Origin: Lysobacterales bacterium
GTDB lineage: Bacteria > Pseudomonadota > Gammaproteobacteria > Xanthomonadales > SZUA-36
NCBI GenBank assembly: GCA_963664065.1
Contig: OY760942.1
Location: 2,545,689 to 2,609,688 of the forward strand
Direction: 5' to 3'
DNA length: 64,000 nucleotides
Part shown: in pieces, positions 28,228 to 41,763 of the stretch
How positions within the stretch are numbered: the stretch's first letter is position 1
Layout: the number at the start of each line of letters is the position of its first letter
Position numbers and translations under genes: made by a program
Notes under the pieces: model-generated
Databases searched by the model: none
What the model saw: the letters and a program-made list of their open reading frames with translations, nothing else
Told to the model about the DNA's origin: nothing

Positions 28228-28866
28228 ATGCCAATATCAAGAAAAACATCAATACTGAATGCAGCCGAAGAACTGTTTGCTTTGCATGGGCTCAATGGCG
28301 CATCGATGCGCAATATCGCCGCCAGGGCTGCGGTTGACGTATCCCTGATCACTTATCACTTCAAAACCAAGGACCGGCTTTTTTCCGCCGTTATCGAGCG
28401 GCGCACCAGCGTATTCAATCGTGAGCAGATTTTTTACCTGGAGGAATGCGAACGACGGGCAGCGCCCGCCTCACCCAGCGTGGAGGACGTTGTGGATGCC
28501 TTTTGTTACGTATTCCTTAAAAGGGCCATTGCCGGTGACAGGCACTGGCGAAACTTTTTTCACCTCTTTACCCGTTTGAGTAATGATCCGGGCCGTGGTG
28601 CTGAGATCATGGCGCAATACTTTGACCCCATTGCCACGCGCACTATTGATTCATTGCAACAGGCAATGCCGGATTGCGATGAACAGGACATCCAATGGGG
28701 ATTTCAATTCCTCTCCGGCGCCCTATCCGGTTGCCTGGTCAATACCGGCAGTGTCAACCGGCTCTCTGATGGTTCTGTAGACTCGGAAGACTTCAAGAAA
28801 ATTCATGAAAACCTGGTCCCCTTCGCGTGCGCTGGATTGCGTGAACTTTGCAGCGGGAAATCCTGA
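28228..28866 (+). CDS. TetR/AcrR-family transcriptional regulator
   Basis: MPISRKTSILNAAEELFALHGLNGASMRNIAARAAVDVSLITYHFKTKDRLF is the TetR HTH. I preferred the ATG at 28228 over the TTG at 28156. Confidence 0.88.
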   Translation: MPISRKTSILNAAEELFALHGLNGASMRNIAARAAVDVSLITYHFKTKDRLFSAVIERRTSVFNREQIFYLEECERRAAPASPSVEDVVDAFCYVFLKRAIAGDRHWRNFFHLFTRLSNDPGRGAEIMAQYFDPIATRTIDSLQQAMPDCDEQDIQWGFQFLSGALSGCLVNTGSVNRLSDGSVDSEDFKKIHENLVPFACAGLRELCSGKS

Positions 28867-28987
28867 AATACCCCTCAAATTGATTATTGAGAAAACGAGG
28901 GACTGGACACTAGACAGGCCTTAGTAAAATGGCTCTCTGCCCCCATTTGAACGGTATAATGCGCGATTCAATTTTCATGGAATTACT

Positions 28988-31849
28988 TTGAGTTCCAGCC
29001 TCGAAAATCTATACAAGTCCTCGCACCTTTACGGTGGTAATGCGCCGTTCATCGAGGCCTATTACGAAGCATGGCTCGCAGATCCCGCCAGCGTGCCGGG
29101 GCAGTGGCGGGAAGTATTTGATTCCATGCCCGGAGCCAACGGCGCCGAGCCCGAAGTGTTGGAAAAAGGGCACCTCGATGTCCAGGAACGCTTTCGCAAC
29201 CTGCGCATCGATAACGGTCATGCCGCCGGAATGCAAGTCGATGGATCAACCGCATTCACCGAACACAAACAAGCTGGTGTACTAAAACTGATTAACGCCT
29301 ACCGCCAGCGCGGCCACGAAAACGCTAAACTCGACCCGTTGGGTATTCCACATCACCCACCCGTGCAGGACCTTGCACTGGAATTTCACGACCTGGTAAC
29401 CGGTGACCTGGATCACGAATTCGACACCGGCACCCTGTTCGCAGCAGAGCGCCTGACGCTGCGGGAAATCCGGGAACTTTGTGAACGCGTGTACTGCGAA
29501 AGTATCGGCGTTGAGTATATGCATATCGTGGACACCGACAAGCGCCGCTGGCTCGAGGAGCGCCTCGAAGGCTCGCGCGGCATTCACGCCGTCACCGATG
29601 AAGAACGCTTGCGTATATTACGAATGCTGACAGCAGCAGAAGGCCTGGAAAAATTTCTGCATACAAAATACGTGGGCCAGAAGCGCTTTTCCCTGGAAGG
29701 CGGCGACAGCCTGATCCCCCTGTTGCACGAAACCATGCTGCATGCGGGTTCACAGGGTATTGAGGAAGTTGTTTTCGGGATGGCCCACCGGGGCCGGCTA
29801 AATGTACTGGTCAACATATTGGGCAAGTCCCCTGCAATGTTGATTGCAGAGTTTGAAGGTAAGTCCGGTGTTGAGAAAAAACAGGAAACGGGTCCGCTTC
29901 ATTCAGGTGATGTTAAATATCACATGGGATTTTCCTCGGATATCCGAACACCCGGCGGGCCCGTTCACATGGCGCTGGCATTCAATCCTTCCCATCTCGA
30001 AATTGTAAATCCGGTCGTGGTGGGTTCAGTTAAGGCCAGGCAGATTCGCCGCAATGACCTTTCTCAACACAAGGTGATGCCGATCCTGATCCACGGCGAC
30101 GCTGCGTTTGCGGGCCAGGGCGTGGTGATGGAATTATTCCAGATGTCAGAAACCCGCGGATTTGCGGTCGGTGGAACGCTGCACGTCATCATTAACAACC
30201 AGATTGGCTTTACCATCAGCGAACGCCACGATGCCCGTTCCACCCTCTACTGCACGACCATTGCCAAGATGGTACATGCGCCCATTTTCCACGTGAATGC
30301 GGATGACCCGGAAGCGGTACATCACGTGATGAAAATCGCCTGCGACTTTCTCGCCAGATTCAAACGCGACGTAGTGATTGACCTCGTTTGTTATCGCCGT
30401 CACGGGCATAACGAGGCAGACGAGCCAGCGGCAACTCAACCGATCATGTACCAGGCAATTCGCAAGCTCAAAACCACCAGGGCCATGTATGCCGAAGCGC
30501 TCGAATCCAGTGGCATTCTTGAGGCCGGGCAAGCGCAAAAAATGATGGAGGACTACCGGGCAAAGCTGGATGAAGGACTGCAGGTTGCCGACGTGTTCGA
30601 CGAACCGCTTGAAAATGAACACGCGGCTGCCTGGAGTTGCTATTCCGGAGACGAAGCGACCGGAGAGCCAGAAACGACCATCCGCGTTGACCAGGCCGTC
30701 GATTTAGCCAACAGGCTGCTTGATTTACCTGATGGCTTCAAACTTCATCCGCGCGTACAACGGATTGTCGACAATCGCCGAAAAATGGCGGCCGGAGAAA
30801 TGCCAATGGACTGGGGTTTCGCGGAAACCCTGGCCTATGCCAGCCTTGCCGCCGACGGTTACAGTTTGCGCCTGGTTGGCCAGGATTCAGCACGCGGCAC
30901 GTTTTTCCACCGCCATGCCGTATTGCATAACCAGCTTGACGGATCCTCATACCTGTCGCTGGAGCACATCAACCCGGAGGTCGACGTCAGGGTTATCGAT
31001 TCGCTGCTGTCTGAAGAAGCCGTGATGGGATTCGAATATGGCTATGCCGCGGCCGCACCCGAAACACTGGTGATATGGGAAGGCCAGTTTGGTGATTTCG
31101 CCAATGGAGCACAGGTGGTTATCGACCAGTTCCTGAGTTCGGGCGAAGCCAAGTGGGGCAGAATGTCCGGGCTGGTGTTGTTCCTGCCACATGGGTATGA
31201 AGGCCAGGGGCCGGAACATTCCAGTGCGCGGCTCGAGCGGTTCCTGCAACTGTGTTCGCACGGAAACATCCAGGTATGTATTCCCTCTACCCCTGCGCAA
31301 ATGTTCCACATGCTGCGTAGGCAAATGTTACGAAGCACGCGCAAGCCGCTGATCGTCATGATGCCCAAGAGCCTGCTCAGGAATGCGGCTTCCACCTCTG
31401 AGCTTGATTTATTGCAGGAAGGATCCTTCCGGCAGGTGATTGATGACCGCAGGGTGGAAAACAGGGCGCGTGTGAAGCGTATCGTCCTGTGTTCGGGTAA
31501 AGTCTGGTATGACCTGCACGAAGAGCGCAGCGGGTCGGACAACCGGGCGGTTGCCCTGGTGCGCATTGAGCAACTTCACCCGTTCCCGGAAAAACTTCTG
31601 CTTGAGACATTTGAGCGATACCCCGAAGCCAGTGAAATCGTCTGGTGTCAGGAAGAACCCAAGAACCAGGGAGCCTGGTACCAGATCCGCCATCATATAC
31701 AGGCCTGCCTGAGCGATGAGCAGCAACTTTTGTATGCCGGCAGAAGCCGCTCGGCGCCTCCAGCAGTAGGAAAGATTGTGGTTCACCAAAAACAGCAACA
31801 GGAATTGGTACGCCTGGCAATGACCGAGGGTAAGGGCGACAAGTCATGA
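28988..31849 (+). CDS. sucA: 2-oxoglutarate dehydrogenase E1 component
   Basis: 953 aa with a TTG start. It has [26 protein letters not shown] and the [12 protein letters not shown] motifs. Confidence 0.95.
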   Translation: MSSSLENLYKSSHLYGGNAPFIEAYYEAWLADPASVPGQWREVFDSMPGANGAEPEVLEKGHLDVQERFRNLRIDNGHAAGMQVDGSTAFTEHKQAGVLKLINAYRQRGHENAKLDPLGIPHHPPVQDLALEFHDLVTGDLDHEFDTGTLFAAERLTLREIRELCERVYCESIGVEYMHIVDTDKRRWLEERLEGSRGIHAVTDEERLRILRMLTAAEGLEKFLHTKYVGQKRFSLEGGDSLIPLLHETMLHAGSQGIEEVVFGMAHRGRLNVLVNILGKSPAMLIAEFEGKSGVEKKQETGPLHSGDVKYHMGFSSDIRTPGGPVHMALAFNPSHLEIVNPVVVGSVKARQIRRNDLSQHKVMPILIHGDAAFAGQGVVMELFQMSETRGFAVGGTLHVIINNQIGFTISERHDARSTLYCTTIAKMVHAPIFHVNADDPEAVHHVMKIACDFLARFKRDVVIDLVCYRRHGHNEADEPAATQPIMYQAIRKLKTTRAMYAEALESSGILEAGQAQKMMEDYRAKLDEGLQVADVFDEPLENEHAAAWSCYSGDEATGEPETTIRVDQAVDLANRLLDLPDGFKLHPRVQRIVDNRRKMAAGEMPMDWGFAETLAYASLAADGYSLRLVGQDSARGTFFHRHAVLHNQLDGSSYLSLEHINPEVDVRVIDSLLSEEAVMGFEYGYAAAAPETLVIWEGQFGDFANGAQVVIDQFLSSGEAKWGRMSGLVLFLPHGYEGQGPEHSSARLERFLQLCSHGNIQVCIPSTPAQMFHMLRRQMLRSTRKPLIVMMPKSLLRNAASTSELDLLQEGSFRQVIDDRRVENRARVKRIVLCSGKVWYDLHEERSGSDNRAVALVRIEQLHPFPEKLLLETFERYPEASEIVWCQEEPKNQGAWYQIRHHIQACLSDEQQLLYAGRSRSAPPAVGKIVVHQKQQQELVRLAMTEGKGDKS

Positions 31850-31880
31850 AAAATACAGAATTAAAGATCAGAGGATCACT

Positions 31881-33056
31881 ATGAGTATTGAAGTCAAAGT
31901 ACCGGTACTGCCGGAATCCGTTGCCGACGCCACTGTCGCCGCCTGGCATAAGAAAGTCGGCGAAACCGTTTACCGCGATGAAAACCTGGTGGACCTTGAA
32001 ACCGACAAGGTAGTGCTTGAAGTACCTGCCCCGGTGGATGGCGTCCTTAAAAAAGTCTCGAGAGACACGGGTGAAACCGTAATCAGCGAAGAAGTACTGG
32101 CGGTAATAGAAGAAGGCACCGTTGAGCGGCCAGCTGCCAAAGAGTCCAAAAATGCAGAATCCGCGGGGGAGGCCAGCCAGCAAGCAGGCAAAGAGGACGG
32201 CGCAGATCGCAAAAGCGCGGACACCGCAGGGCTAAGCCCGGCCACCCGGCGCGTGGTAGAGGAAGAAAACGTTGACCCTTCAGCCGTACCGGCCACCGGT
32301 CGCGGCAGACGCCTGACCAAGGGCGATGTGGTGAATTTCATCAAGGGCGGCGGGGCGCGTCCCGAGGAACGCGTCAAGATGACCCGGCTGCGTTCGCGCA
32401 TTGCCGAGCGCATGAAAGAAGCGCAAAACACGGCAGCTATCCTGACCAGTTTCAACGAGGTCGACCTCAAAGCGGTGATGGATCTGCGCAGGAAATACAA
32501 GGAGACTTTCGCCGAAACTCACGGTGTGAAACTGGGCCTGATGTCCTTTTTCGTGAAAGCGGTGTGTGACGCGCTGCGCAAACACCCGGTGGTGAACGCA
32601 TCCATGGAAGGCGACGAGATTGTTTATCACGGTTACCAGGATATTGGCATCGCGGTTTCTACCGATCGCGGCCTGATGGTGCCGGTGTTGAAAAATGCCG
32701 AAAATATGACCCTGGCTGAAATTGAACGAGGTATTCGAGGATATGCCGCCAAGGCCCGCGACGGAAGTATTTCACTGGAAGACCTGCAGGGAGGGACTTT
32801 CTCCATCACCAATGGCGGCACTTTTGGATCATTGTTGTCCACTCCGTTGTTGAATCCACCACAGAGCGCCATCCTTGGCATGCACAACATCAGGGAACGC
32901 CCTGTGGTCGAAGAAGGACAGGTCGTGGTAAGGCCGATGATGTATATCGCACTCAGTTACGATCACCGGATTATTGACGGCAAGGACGCTGTGTTGTTCC
33001 TGGTGGCGGTCAAAGACGCACTGGAAGACCCGGCGCGATTACTTTTAAACCTCTAA
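31881..33056 (+). CDS. sucB: Dihydrolipoyllysine-residue succinyltransferase (E2o)
   Basis: 391 aa with a lipoyl domain ([13 protein letters not shown]) and a catalytic domain ([10 protein letters not shown]). Confidence 0.95.
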   Translation: MSIEVKVPVLPESVADATVAAWHKKVGETVYRDENLVDLETDKVVLEVPAPVDGVLKKVSRDTGETVISEEVLAVIEEGTVERPAAKESKNAESAGEASQQAGKEDGADRKSADTAGLSPATRRVVEEENVDPSAVPATGRGRRLTKGDVVNFIKGGGARPEERVKMTRLRSRIAERMKEAQNTAAILTSFNEVDLKAVMDLRRKYKETFAETHGVKLGLMSFFVKAVCDALRKHPVVNASMEGDEIVYHGYQDIGIAVSTDRGLMVPVLKNAENMTLAEIERGIRGYAAKARDGSISLEDLQGGTFSITNGGTFGSLLSTPLLNPPQSAILGMHNIRERPVVEEGQVVVRPMMYIALSYDHRIIDGKDAVLFLVAVKDALEDPARLLLNL

Positions 33057-33058
33057 AG

Positions 33059-34573
<1,515 letters not shown>

Positions 34574-34574
34574 C

Positions 34575-35582
34575 ATGATCAAGGTCCCAGACACTTTTTC
34601 CGCCTTCCGCATCCACAACGACTCCGACGGTTATCGTGCAGCGGTTGAATCCATTTCAATGAGTGACCTGAGCGAGGGAGAGGTCACCATCCAGGTGGCT
34701 TATTCCAGCGTCAATTACAAGGATGCCCTGGCTGGCACAGGCAAGGGCAAGATACTGAAGACTTATCCACTAACCGGCGGTATCGACGTGGCCGGCGTGG
34801 TAACCGAATCATCCGACGACAGATTCAATGAAGGCGACGAAGTACTGGTCACAGGTTGCGAATTATCCGAGTCACGTGACGGCGGATACGCCGAATTCCT
34901 GCGCCTCGACGCTGATAGCGTTGTGCCGCTGCCTGTCGGGCTGAGCAAGCGCGAAGCCATGGCCCTGGGGACTGCGGGGTTTACCGCAGCGCTATGCCTG
35001 TACCGCATGGAAACCAACGGACAGAAACCGAAGGACGGACCGATCGTTGTCACCGGCGCCAGCGGTGGTGTGGGTAGCATCGCGATCAATATTCTGTCTG
35101 CTGCGGGGTACGATCCACATGCCATCACCGGCAAGGTGGCACAGTTCGACTACCTTGAAGAACTCGGCGCAACCCAATGCATTTCCCGACACGAATTGTA
35201 CTGGGGGCAAAGGCCTTTGGAAAAAGCACGCTGGGCCGGCTGTATCGATAATGTAGGCGGTGACATGCTCAGCGGCATCAGCCGCGTGATCAAACTGTGG
35301 GGCAACATCGCAAGTTGCGGTATGGCCGGTGGAATCGGGCTGCAAACCACCACCATGCCATTCATTCTCAGGGGCGTCAGCCTGCTGGGAATTTCCTCCA
35401 ACAATTGCCCATATGACATCAGGGTTAGTCTATGGGACCGGTTGGCCAATCAGTGGAAGCCACCAAACCTGGATATGATCTGTAACAGGGAAATTGGCAT
35501 GGACAGCCTGATGGAAACATTCAATTCCATGCTCGCCGGGAATTCCCTGGGCAGAACGATCGTTAATATTAAGGCCAGTTAA
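34575..35582 (+). CDS. YhdH/AcuI-family NADPH-dependent oxidoreductase (acrylyl-CoA reductase-like)
   Basis: 335 aa, colinear with E. coli YhdH as recalled (SSVNYKDALAGTGKGKI, VVTGASGGVGS, MPFILRGVSLLG). Confidence 0.85.
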   Translation: MIKVPDTFSAFRIHNDSDGYRAAVESISMSDLSEGEVTIQVAYSSVNYKDALAGTGKGKILKTYPLTGGIDVAGVVTESSDDRFNEGDEVLVTGCELSESRDGGYAEFLRLDADSVVPLPVGLSKREAMALGTAGFTAALCLYRMETNGQKPKDGPIVVTGASGGVGSIAINILSAAGYDPHAITGKVAQFDYLEELGATQCISRHELYWGQRPLEKARWAGCIDNVGGDMLSGISRVIKLWGNIASCGMAGGIGLQTTTMPFILRGVSLLGISSNNCPYDIRVSLWDRLANQWKPPNLDMICNREIGMDSLMETFNSMLAGNSLGRTIVNIKAS

Positions 35583-35680
35583 GAGTTGACAGGTCCTAAA
35601 GTGATTCTGATGTTAAAGGGATTAAAAAGAGGCATAATCCTGATAACACGGTGTAATCAAGTACGGCTACGGACGGAGCT

Positions 35681-36046
35681 ATGGCTAAAGTACTGATTGT
35701 TAACGATTCGAGACTGTATCGATTCAGCGTTCGAAGGCTGATGAAAGAGTGGGGTCACGAGATGATTGTCGCGAAGAATGGCCAGCAAGCTATTGTGGTC
35801 GCGCGCGAACAACTACCCGAACTGATACTGATGGATATCATTATGCCAGGCATGAGCGGGTTCGAGGCTAAACGCATACTGGCCAGTGATGAACTTACTT
35901 CACACATTCCCGTTATTTTTGTCAGCACCCAGGACGAAGAAACGGACAAGGCCTGGAGACTGCGCCAGGGCGCACACGCCTATGTCACCAAGCCTATTGA
36001 GCCCGAAGCGCTTCAAGCCGCAATTGCCAACGCAATGGCTACCTAG
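35681..36046 (+). CDS. Single-domain response regulator (CheY-like receiver)
   Basis: 121 aa with MAKVLIVNDS, LILMDIIMPGMSGFE and YVTKP. Confidence 0.88.
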   Translation: MAKVLIVNDSRLYRFSVRRLMKEWGHEMIVAKNGQQAIVVAREQLPELILMDIIMPGMSGFEAKRILASDELTSHIPVIFVSTQDEETDKAWRLRQGAHAYVTKPIEPEALQAAIANAMAT

Positions 36047-36070
36047 AATCCCACCAATTGTGCATCACCT

Positions 36071-36550
36071 ATGAGCATCCAGGCCGGAAACCGTATCCCC
36101 TCTGCAGTGCTCAAGCTTATGGTTGGGGACGCTCCAGGAGAAATCTCCACTGAAGCGTATTTTGCTGGCCGGAAAGTCGTGATGTTTTCCGTGCCAGGCG
36201 CATTTACACCCACCTGCTCGATCAGTCACCTGCCCGGCTTTGTTGATAACGCCGATAGGTTTTTTGCACTCGGCGTTGACGCTATCGGCTGCATGTCAGT
36301 CAATGATGTATTCGTGATGAACGCCTGGGGCAAGAGTGCCAATGTCGGCCGGATAGATATGCTGGCGGACGGCAACGGCGAGTTCACCGCCGCACTTGGC
36401 CTGGAACTGGACGCCTCGGCTTTCGGCATGGGCATACGTTCGCAAAGATTTGCCCTGGTGGCAGTCGATGGAATGGTTACTGACCTGTTTGTAGAAGCCC
36501 CCGGTGAATTCCGGGTCAGTGCGGCCGAACATGTACTTGCCAATCTGTAA
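36071..36550 (+). CDS. Peroxiredoxin (Prx5/PrxD type)
   Basis: 159 aa. FSVPGAFTPTCS carries the peroxidatic Cys motif. Confidence 0.88.
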   Translation: MSIQAGNRIPSAVLKLMVGDAPGEISTEAYFAGRKVVMFSVPGAFTPTCSISHLPGFVDNADRFFALGVDAIGCMSVNDVFVMNAWGKSANVGRIDMLADGNGEFTAALGLELDASAFGMGIRSQRFALVAVDGMVTDLFVEAPGEFRVSAAEHVLANL

Positions 36551-36618
36551 ACAATGTGGCGGAAGAAACTGGTGGTCCCTGAAAAACCACTACGAAACAT
36601 AATGCTCACCGAATGCTT

Positions 36619-36676
36619 ATTCGCGATTGATAATCGCTCCTACAAGAGCCATTCGCGAGCAGGTGCTCGCTCCTAC
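36619..36676. repeat. Two tandem REP units between the prx and gyrA 3' ends
   Basis: ATTCGCGATTGATAATCGCTCCTACA and ATTCGCGAGCAGGTGCTCGCTCCTAC. Confidence 0.8.
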
Positions 36677-36701
36677 GCCACTACGAAGCTTAAATCTCCA
36701 C

Positions 36702-39314
36702 TCATGTTTCATCTCCCTCTTCGGTCACTTCGGCACCTGCTTCGTTGCCATCTTCACCTTCGCTCAAGGCTTCGTCGCTTTCAGAGTCTTCTTCTTTTTC
36801 AACCCGCGCCAGGCCAACCAGGTTTTCCTCTTTGCCCAGGCGGATCAGGGTCACGCCCTGGGTATTGCGTCCCAGGGTGGAAATCTCTTCTGTGCGGGTA
36901 CGAACCAGGGTGCCACCATCGGAAATTAACATGATGTCGTCTTCGTTGGTGACCTGGATTGCAGAAACCAACGCACCGTTGCGCTTTGAGGTCTGTATAC
37001 CGATGACACCCTGTCCACCGCGTCCCTGGGGATTGTGCTCGCCGGTGCGGGTCCTTTTGCCGTAACCACGTTCTGTTGCCGTCAGGATATCTCCTTCACC
37101 AAGCACCAGCATGGACACAACACTTTGATCCTTCTTCAGCCGGATTCCGATTACACCGCGTGACACCCGCCCCATGGAACGTACATTGCTCTCGCTAAAT
37201 CGAATGCATTTTCCGGAACTCGCGAACAACATGATGTCCTGCCTGCCATCGGTAATTTCAACATTCACCAGCTCATCGTCTTCAGGCAAGGTAATTGCCC
37301 AGATGCCATTAGCCCTTTGATTGGAATAAGCAGGCAGCGGCGTTTTCTTCACAATGCCTTTACGCGTGGCAAAGAAAACGAACTTATCCTCACTGTATTC
37401 CCGAACCGGCAGGACAGCGTTAACGCGTTCGTCTTTTTCCAGTGGCAGCAGATTAACGATCGGTTTGCCGCGGCTCACGTGACTAGCTTGCGGCAATTCA
37501 TATACCTTCATCCAGTGAATCTTTCCGCGACTGGTGAAACACAGCAGCGTATCGTGAGTATTGGCAATGAATAGCGTGTCGATAAAATCTTCTTCTTTAA
37601 CCTTGGTCGCGGATTTGCCCCGCCCGCCTCTGCGCTGGGCCCGGTAACGATCCAGGGTCTGCGACTTGGCATAACCGGCATGGGACAGGGTTACCACCAC
37701 GTCTTCTTCCGTTATCAAGTCTTCGAGGCTTAAATCCAGCCGTTTTTCCAGAATTTTGGTACGCCGCTCATCCAGGTATTTATCCCTGATGAGTTCCAGT
37801 TCCTCGCGAATGACCTCCATCAGGCGTTCCGGCTCTGACAGCACACTCAACAACCCGCGTACGGTCTCGAGAATCTGCTCGTACTCTTTGGTCAATTTTT
37901 CCTGCTCAAGCCCGGTAATCCGGTGCAGGCGCATGTTCAGAATTTCCTGAGTCTGTACAGGAGACAACTGGTAGCCGTCATGCTGGAGGCCGTACCTGGA
38001 ATGCAGGTCTTCAGGGCGGGATGTCTCTGCACCACCCTGCCCCAACAAGCTCTCAATCAGGCCCGGTGCCCAACGTTTGACCAGCATTCTTTCCTTGGCA
38101 TCAGCCGGAGTTGGGGAGCTTTTGATCAATTCAATCAGCTCATCAAGGTTGGCCAGCGCGACGGTAAGACCTTCGAGAATATGGGCCCGGCTGCGGGCTT
38201 TGCGAAGGTCGAACAAGGTGCGCCGGGTGACCACTTCGCGACGGTGAGCTATAAATGCATCCAGCACCTGCCGGATATTCAGCAACTTCGGCTGGCCATC
38301 CACTATGGCGACCATGTTGATACCAAACACGTTCTGCATCACGGTCTGCTGGTAAAGGTTATTCAATACAACTTCAGGTACTTCGCCCCTGCGTAACTCG
38401 ATGACCACGCGCATGCCGTCCTTGTCAGACTCATCGCGCAACTCTGTAATGCCTTCCAGGCGTTTTTCCTTGACCAGTTCGGCAATTTTTTCCAGCAAGC
38501 GAGCCTTGTTAACCTGGTAAGGGAGTTCGGTGACAATGATGGAATCCTTGCCATTGCGATCATCGGTTTCCACGTGTGAACGCGCGCGCATATAAATGCG
38601 CCCCCGTCCGGTGTGGTAGGCATCATGGATACCCTGCGCACCATTGATAAAACCCGCAGTGGGGAAATCCGGCCCTGGCAGGTGTTGCATGATGCCTTCG
38701 ATATCGAGATCCGGGTTTTCGATGATCGCTATAGTGGCGTCGATAACCTCGCCAATGTTATGCGGTGGAATATTGGTCGCCATGCCCACTGCAATACCCG
38801 ATGACCCGTTGACCAGCAGTGTCGGCACCCGTGTGGGCATAACCAGGGGCTCGTATTCGGACTCGTCGTAATTGGGACCAAAATCTACCGTTTCACGATC
38901 CAGGTCGGCCAGCACATCGTGAGCCAGCTTCGACATGCGAACCTCGGTGTAACGCATGGCGGCCGGCGCGTCTCCGTCAACCGAGCCGAAGTTACCCTGG
39001 CCATCGACCATCAGGTAACGCATGGCAAACGGCTGAGCCATTCTGACGATGGTGTCGTACACCGCAGAATCACCGTGAGGGTGGTACTTGCCGATCACAT
39101 CACCCACCACCCGCGCGGATTTTTTATAAGGCTTGTTCCAGTCGTTCCCCAGCTCACTCATGGCAAAAAGAACACGCCGGTGAACCGGTTTCAGGCCGTC
39201 TCTGACGTCAGGCAGAGCCCTGCCGACAATAACGCTCATGGCATAGTCCAGATAGGACTTGCGCATTTCGTCTTCGAGGTTTACCTGCAGGACTTCTTTG
39301 GCGAGTTCAGCCAT
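36702..39314 (-). CDS. gyrA: DNA gyrase subunit A
   Basis: 870 aa with [44 protein letters not shown] (QRDR) and an acidic C-terminal tail. Confidence 0.97.
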   Translation of the reverse strand: MAELAKEVLQVNLEDEMRKSYLDYAMSVIVGRALPDVRDGLKPVHRRVLFAMSELGNDWNKPYKKSARVVGDVIGKYHPHGDSAVYDTIVRMAQPFAMRYLMVDGQGNFGSVDGDAPAAMRYTEVRMSKLAHDVLADLDRETVDFGPNYDESEYEPLVMPTRVPTLLVNGSSGIAVGMATNIPPHNIGEVIDATIAIIENPDLDIEGIMQHLPGPDFPTAGFINGAQGIHDAYHTGRGRIYMRARSHVETDDRNGKDSIIVTELPYQVNKARLLEKIAELVKEKRLEGITELRDESDKDGMRVVIELRRGEVPEVVLNNLYQQTVMQNVFGINMVAIVDGQPKLLNIRQVLDAFIAHRREVVTRRTLFDLRKARSRAHILEGLTVALANLDELIELIKSSPTPADAKERMLVKRWAPGLIESLLGQGGAETSRPEDLHSRYGLQHDGYQLSPVQTQEILNMRLHRITGLEQEKLTKEYEQILETVRGLLSVLSEPERLMEVIREELELIRDKYLDERRTKILEKRLDLSLEDLITEEDVVVTLSHAGYAKSQTLDRYRAQRRGGRGKSATKVKEEDFIDTLFIANTHDTLLCFTSRGKIHWMKVYELPQASHVSRGKPIVNLLPLEKDERVNAVLPVREYSEDKFVFFATRKGIVKKTPLPAYSNQRANGIWAITLPEDDELVNVEITDGRQDIMLFASSGKCIRFSESNVRSMGRVSRGVIGIRLKKDQSVVSMLVLGEGDILTATERGYGKRTRTGEHNPQGRGGQGVIGIQTSKRNGALVSAIQVTNEDDIMLISDGGTLVRTRTEEISTLGRNTQGVTLIRLGKEENLVGLARVEKEEDSESDEALSEGEDGNEAGAEVTEEGDET

Positions 39315-39567
39315 TCGAGTATTGCACTCCGAAAAATGTTATAACTTATTATATATAAAAGATAATTAGAAATTTACTTGGGTAGGTTTTTTGACCGTTT
39401 TCAGGCCCAAATTCAAGTGTAAAATTGTACCATATTCAGGCCCTGATTACCCCGTTTTTTAAGTCGTTTTCACAGGCAGAAAAACGGCTTGAAAACGCGA
39501 CTTTTGTTGACCCTGTCTGCTGGACAAGTATGATTGGAACCTGAATCAATTCTGTGGACATTCATTC

Positions 39568-40146
39568 ATGAACAAACCCATTAATATCCTGTGTTGCCTG
39601 ATGTTGATCAGCGGCGTAGGCCAGGCGCAAAACACTCCTGAAAACCCGCAGGTTACCCTGCATACCAGCAAAGGTGATATTCGTATCGAGCTGTTCCAGG
39701 ACAAGGCTCCGCTGAGCGTAGAAAATTTTTTGCAGTACGCCCGTGACGGATTCTACGATGGCACCATATTCCACCGTGTGATCAGCCACTTCATGATCCA
39801 AGGCGGTGGATTTGTAATGGATGCCCAGTCAAAAAGCATGCAGGAAAAGGCCACTCGCGAGCCCATTCAAAATGAAGCCACTAATGGCCTGTCCAATCGG
39901 CGCGGCACCATTGCAATGGCACGTACTACCGACCCGCATTCGGCCACAGCGCAGTTTTTCCTGAATGTGGAGATCAATACAAATCTCGATCACACCGCCC
40001 CTGCCGATTCACGTGCCTGGGGATATGCCGTATTCGGTAAGGTCACCAGCGGTATCGAAGTCATGGACGACATTCGCTTTGTGCCAACCGATTCACGTGA
40101 CACGCCGCTGGAAACGGTCACCATCAATTCGGTGGAAATTCATTAG
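39568..40146 (+). CDS. ppiA: Periplasmic peptidyl-prolyl cis-trans isomerase A (cyclophilin)
   Basis: 192 aa with a signal peptide, [15 protein letters not shown] and [15 protein letters not shown]. Confidence 0.92.
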   Translation: MNKPINILCCLMLISGVGQAQNTPENPQVTLHTSKGDIRIELFQDKAPLSVENFLQYARDGFYDGTIFHRVISHFMIQGGGFVMDAQSKSMQEKATREPIQNEATNGLSNRRGTIAMARTTDPHSATAQFFLNVEINTNLDHTAPADSRAWGYAVFGKVTSGIEVMDDIRFVPTDSRDTPLETVTINSVEIH

Positions 40147-40151
40147 GAGGA

Positions 40152-40877
40152 ATGAAAACGCTGTTTATTTCCGACCTGCACCTGGACGACGCCCGTCCGG
40201 AATCTACCCGGTTGTTTGAGCAATTCGTGCATGAGGAAGCCACGCAGGCGGAAGCCCTTTATATCCTCGGAGATCTTTTCGAATACTGGATAGGGGATGA
40301 TATGCCCACCGCTACTTCAAGGCGTGTCGTTGCGGCGCTTTCCACTCTGCACGAAGCCGGGATACCGTGTTATTTCATGCACGGCAACCGCGATTTTCTT
40401 CTCGGTGAAGCTTTCGCCGGCGAATCCGGCCTGAAATTGTTGCCAGAAGCGCTGGTGATAGATCTTTATGGAACCCAAACACTGCTATTACACGGCGATA
40501 CCCTTTGCACAGATGATCTTGCCTACCAGGAAATACGCCTCAAATTTCGCAGCCGGGAATGGCAGAAATGGTTCTTATCGCAATCGCCCGATGACCGGGT
40601 GGCCTTTGTGCTCGATGCAAGAGAGGAAAGTCGTGAGCACCAATCCAGCCTGAGCATGGAAATTATGGATGTGAACCAGGACGCTGTGTGCCTGGCCTTT
40701 GAAAGCCATGGGGTCCTGGAGATGATCCACGGTCATACGCACCGACCGGATACACATCGTCACGCACCTGCAAACGGCGCTGCCCGGAGAATCGTACTCG
40801 GTGACTGGTACCAGCAGGGAAGTATGGTGCGCGCCGGACCGGAAGGCCTTAGCCTGGAGACCTATCCATACAGTTAA
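40152..40877 (+). CDS. lpxH: UDP-2,3-diacylglucosamine diphosphatase
   Basis: 241 aa with LFISDLHL, ILGDLFEYWIGDD, GNRDFL and HGHTHRP (calcineurin-like metallophosphatase motifs in the LpxH order). Confidence 0.93.
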   Translation: MKTLFISDLHLDDARPESTRLFEQFVHEEATQAEALYILGDLFEYWIGDDMPTATSRRVVAALSTLHEAGIPCYFMHGNRDFLLGEAFAGESGLKLLPEALVIDLYGTQTLLLHGDTLCTDDLAYQEIRLKFRSREWQKWFLSQSPDDRVAFVLDAREESREHQSSLSMEIMDVNQDAVCLAFESHGVLEMIHGHTHRPDTHRHAPANGAARRIVLGDWYQQGSMVRAGPEGLSLETYPYS

Positions 40878-40929
40878 ATAACGGGGTCAGAGAACCATGT
40901 AATTAAATGGTTCTCTGACCCCGTTATTT
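40876..40929. repeat. GGGGTCAGAG-family hairpin element (perfect 23-nt arms, 8-nt loop) between convergent genes
   Basis: AAATAACGGGGTCAGAGAACCAT-GTAATTAA-ATGGTTCTCTGACCCCGTTATTT. The left arm overlaps the lpxH stop and the right arm overlaps the DUF455 stop. Confidence 0.9.
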
Positions 40930-41763
40930 TGACAGCGCATCCATTTCCTGTTGCGTAAATCCGGCCTTGAATCGTGCCGGCAGGTTAAACGGGCCGCGGA
41001 TACTGCCGGTAAAAAATTCGGAAAGCAGGTCGATAAATACTGTGTCCGGTTCCAGCTCCTCCTCATTGCAACAATATCGGAACCAATGGGTTCCTACCCT
41101 CACGTGACGCACCTCTTCATCCAGGATGGTTTCCAGGATCCGGATGGTTCCGTCGTCGCCAAACTGCCGGAGGCGTTCGATCATACCCGGGGTGACATCC
41201 AGACCTCGCGCCTCCAGTACACGGGGTACCAGCGCCATGCGTTTGAGACAGGATTCTGCAGTGCGTTCCGCCATTTCCCACAAACCGTTATGGGCCGGAA
41301 AATCACCGTATTCATGACCCAGTTCGCGCAGGCGCCCGGTCAGCAACTGAAAATGCCGCGCCTCATCTGCAGCCACTGAAACCCAATCCGAATAGGAGGG
41401 CTCAGGCATTGATCTGAAGCGGTACGCCGCATCCAGTGCCAGGTTGATGGCGTTGAACTCGATGTGCGCGATAGCGTGCACCAGCGCTGCCCGTCCCTGC
41501 GGGCTGCCCAGGCGGCGGCGCGGAACCTTGCCAGGATCGACCAGCTCAGGATTTACCGGCCGGCCTGCAGCTGTGATCGGCAATACAGCCGTCTCCTGGT
41601 CAATCTGAATTTTACCCGCCTGCATTTGCTGCCAGAGCCGGGATGTTGCAACGCACTTTTCTTCCGGATCGCAAATCACAAGACAGCGTGCCGTTTCCGA
41701 AAACAGCCCTGTTAGCCCTGACTCCTTGCGAACGGGAATGACGCTCACACTACAGGTTGCCAA
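40924..41763 (-). CDS. Ferritin-like DUF455-family protein
   Basis: 279 aa. [24 protein letters not shown] and [11 protein letters not shown] are DUF455 hallmarks. The start is uncertain because it overlaps the icd stop by 14 nt. Confidence 0.7.
   Translation of the reverse strand: MATCSVSVIPVRKESGLTGLFSETARCLVICDPEEKCVATSRLWQQMQAGKIQIDQETAVLPITAAGRPVNPELVDPGKVPRRRLGSPQGRAALVHAIAHIEFNAINLALDAAYRFRSMPEPSYSDWVSVAADEARHFQLLTGRLRELGHEYGDFPAHNGLWEMAERTAESCLKRMALVPRVLEARGLDVTPGMIERLRQFGDDGTIRILETILDEEVRHVRVGTHWFRYCCNEEELEPDTVFIDLLSEFFTGSIRGPFNLPARFKAGFTQQEMDALSK

Noticed and set aside
31377-32183. Long antisense ORFs inside sucA/sucB. Similar ones lie at 13175-13684, 33532-34152, 54557-55270, 55956-56567, 57601-58134 and 61703-62323.
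   Set aside because: Each lies entirely opposite a confidently identified conserved gene. Their translations are low-complexity, Arg/Pro/Gly/Ser-rich shadow-frame products with no recognisable motifs.
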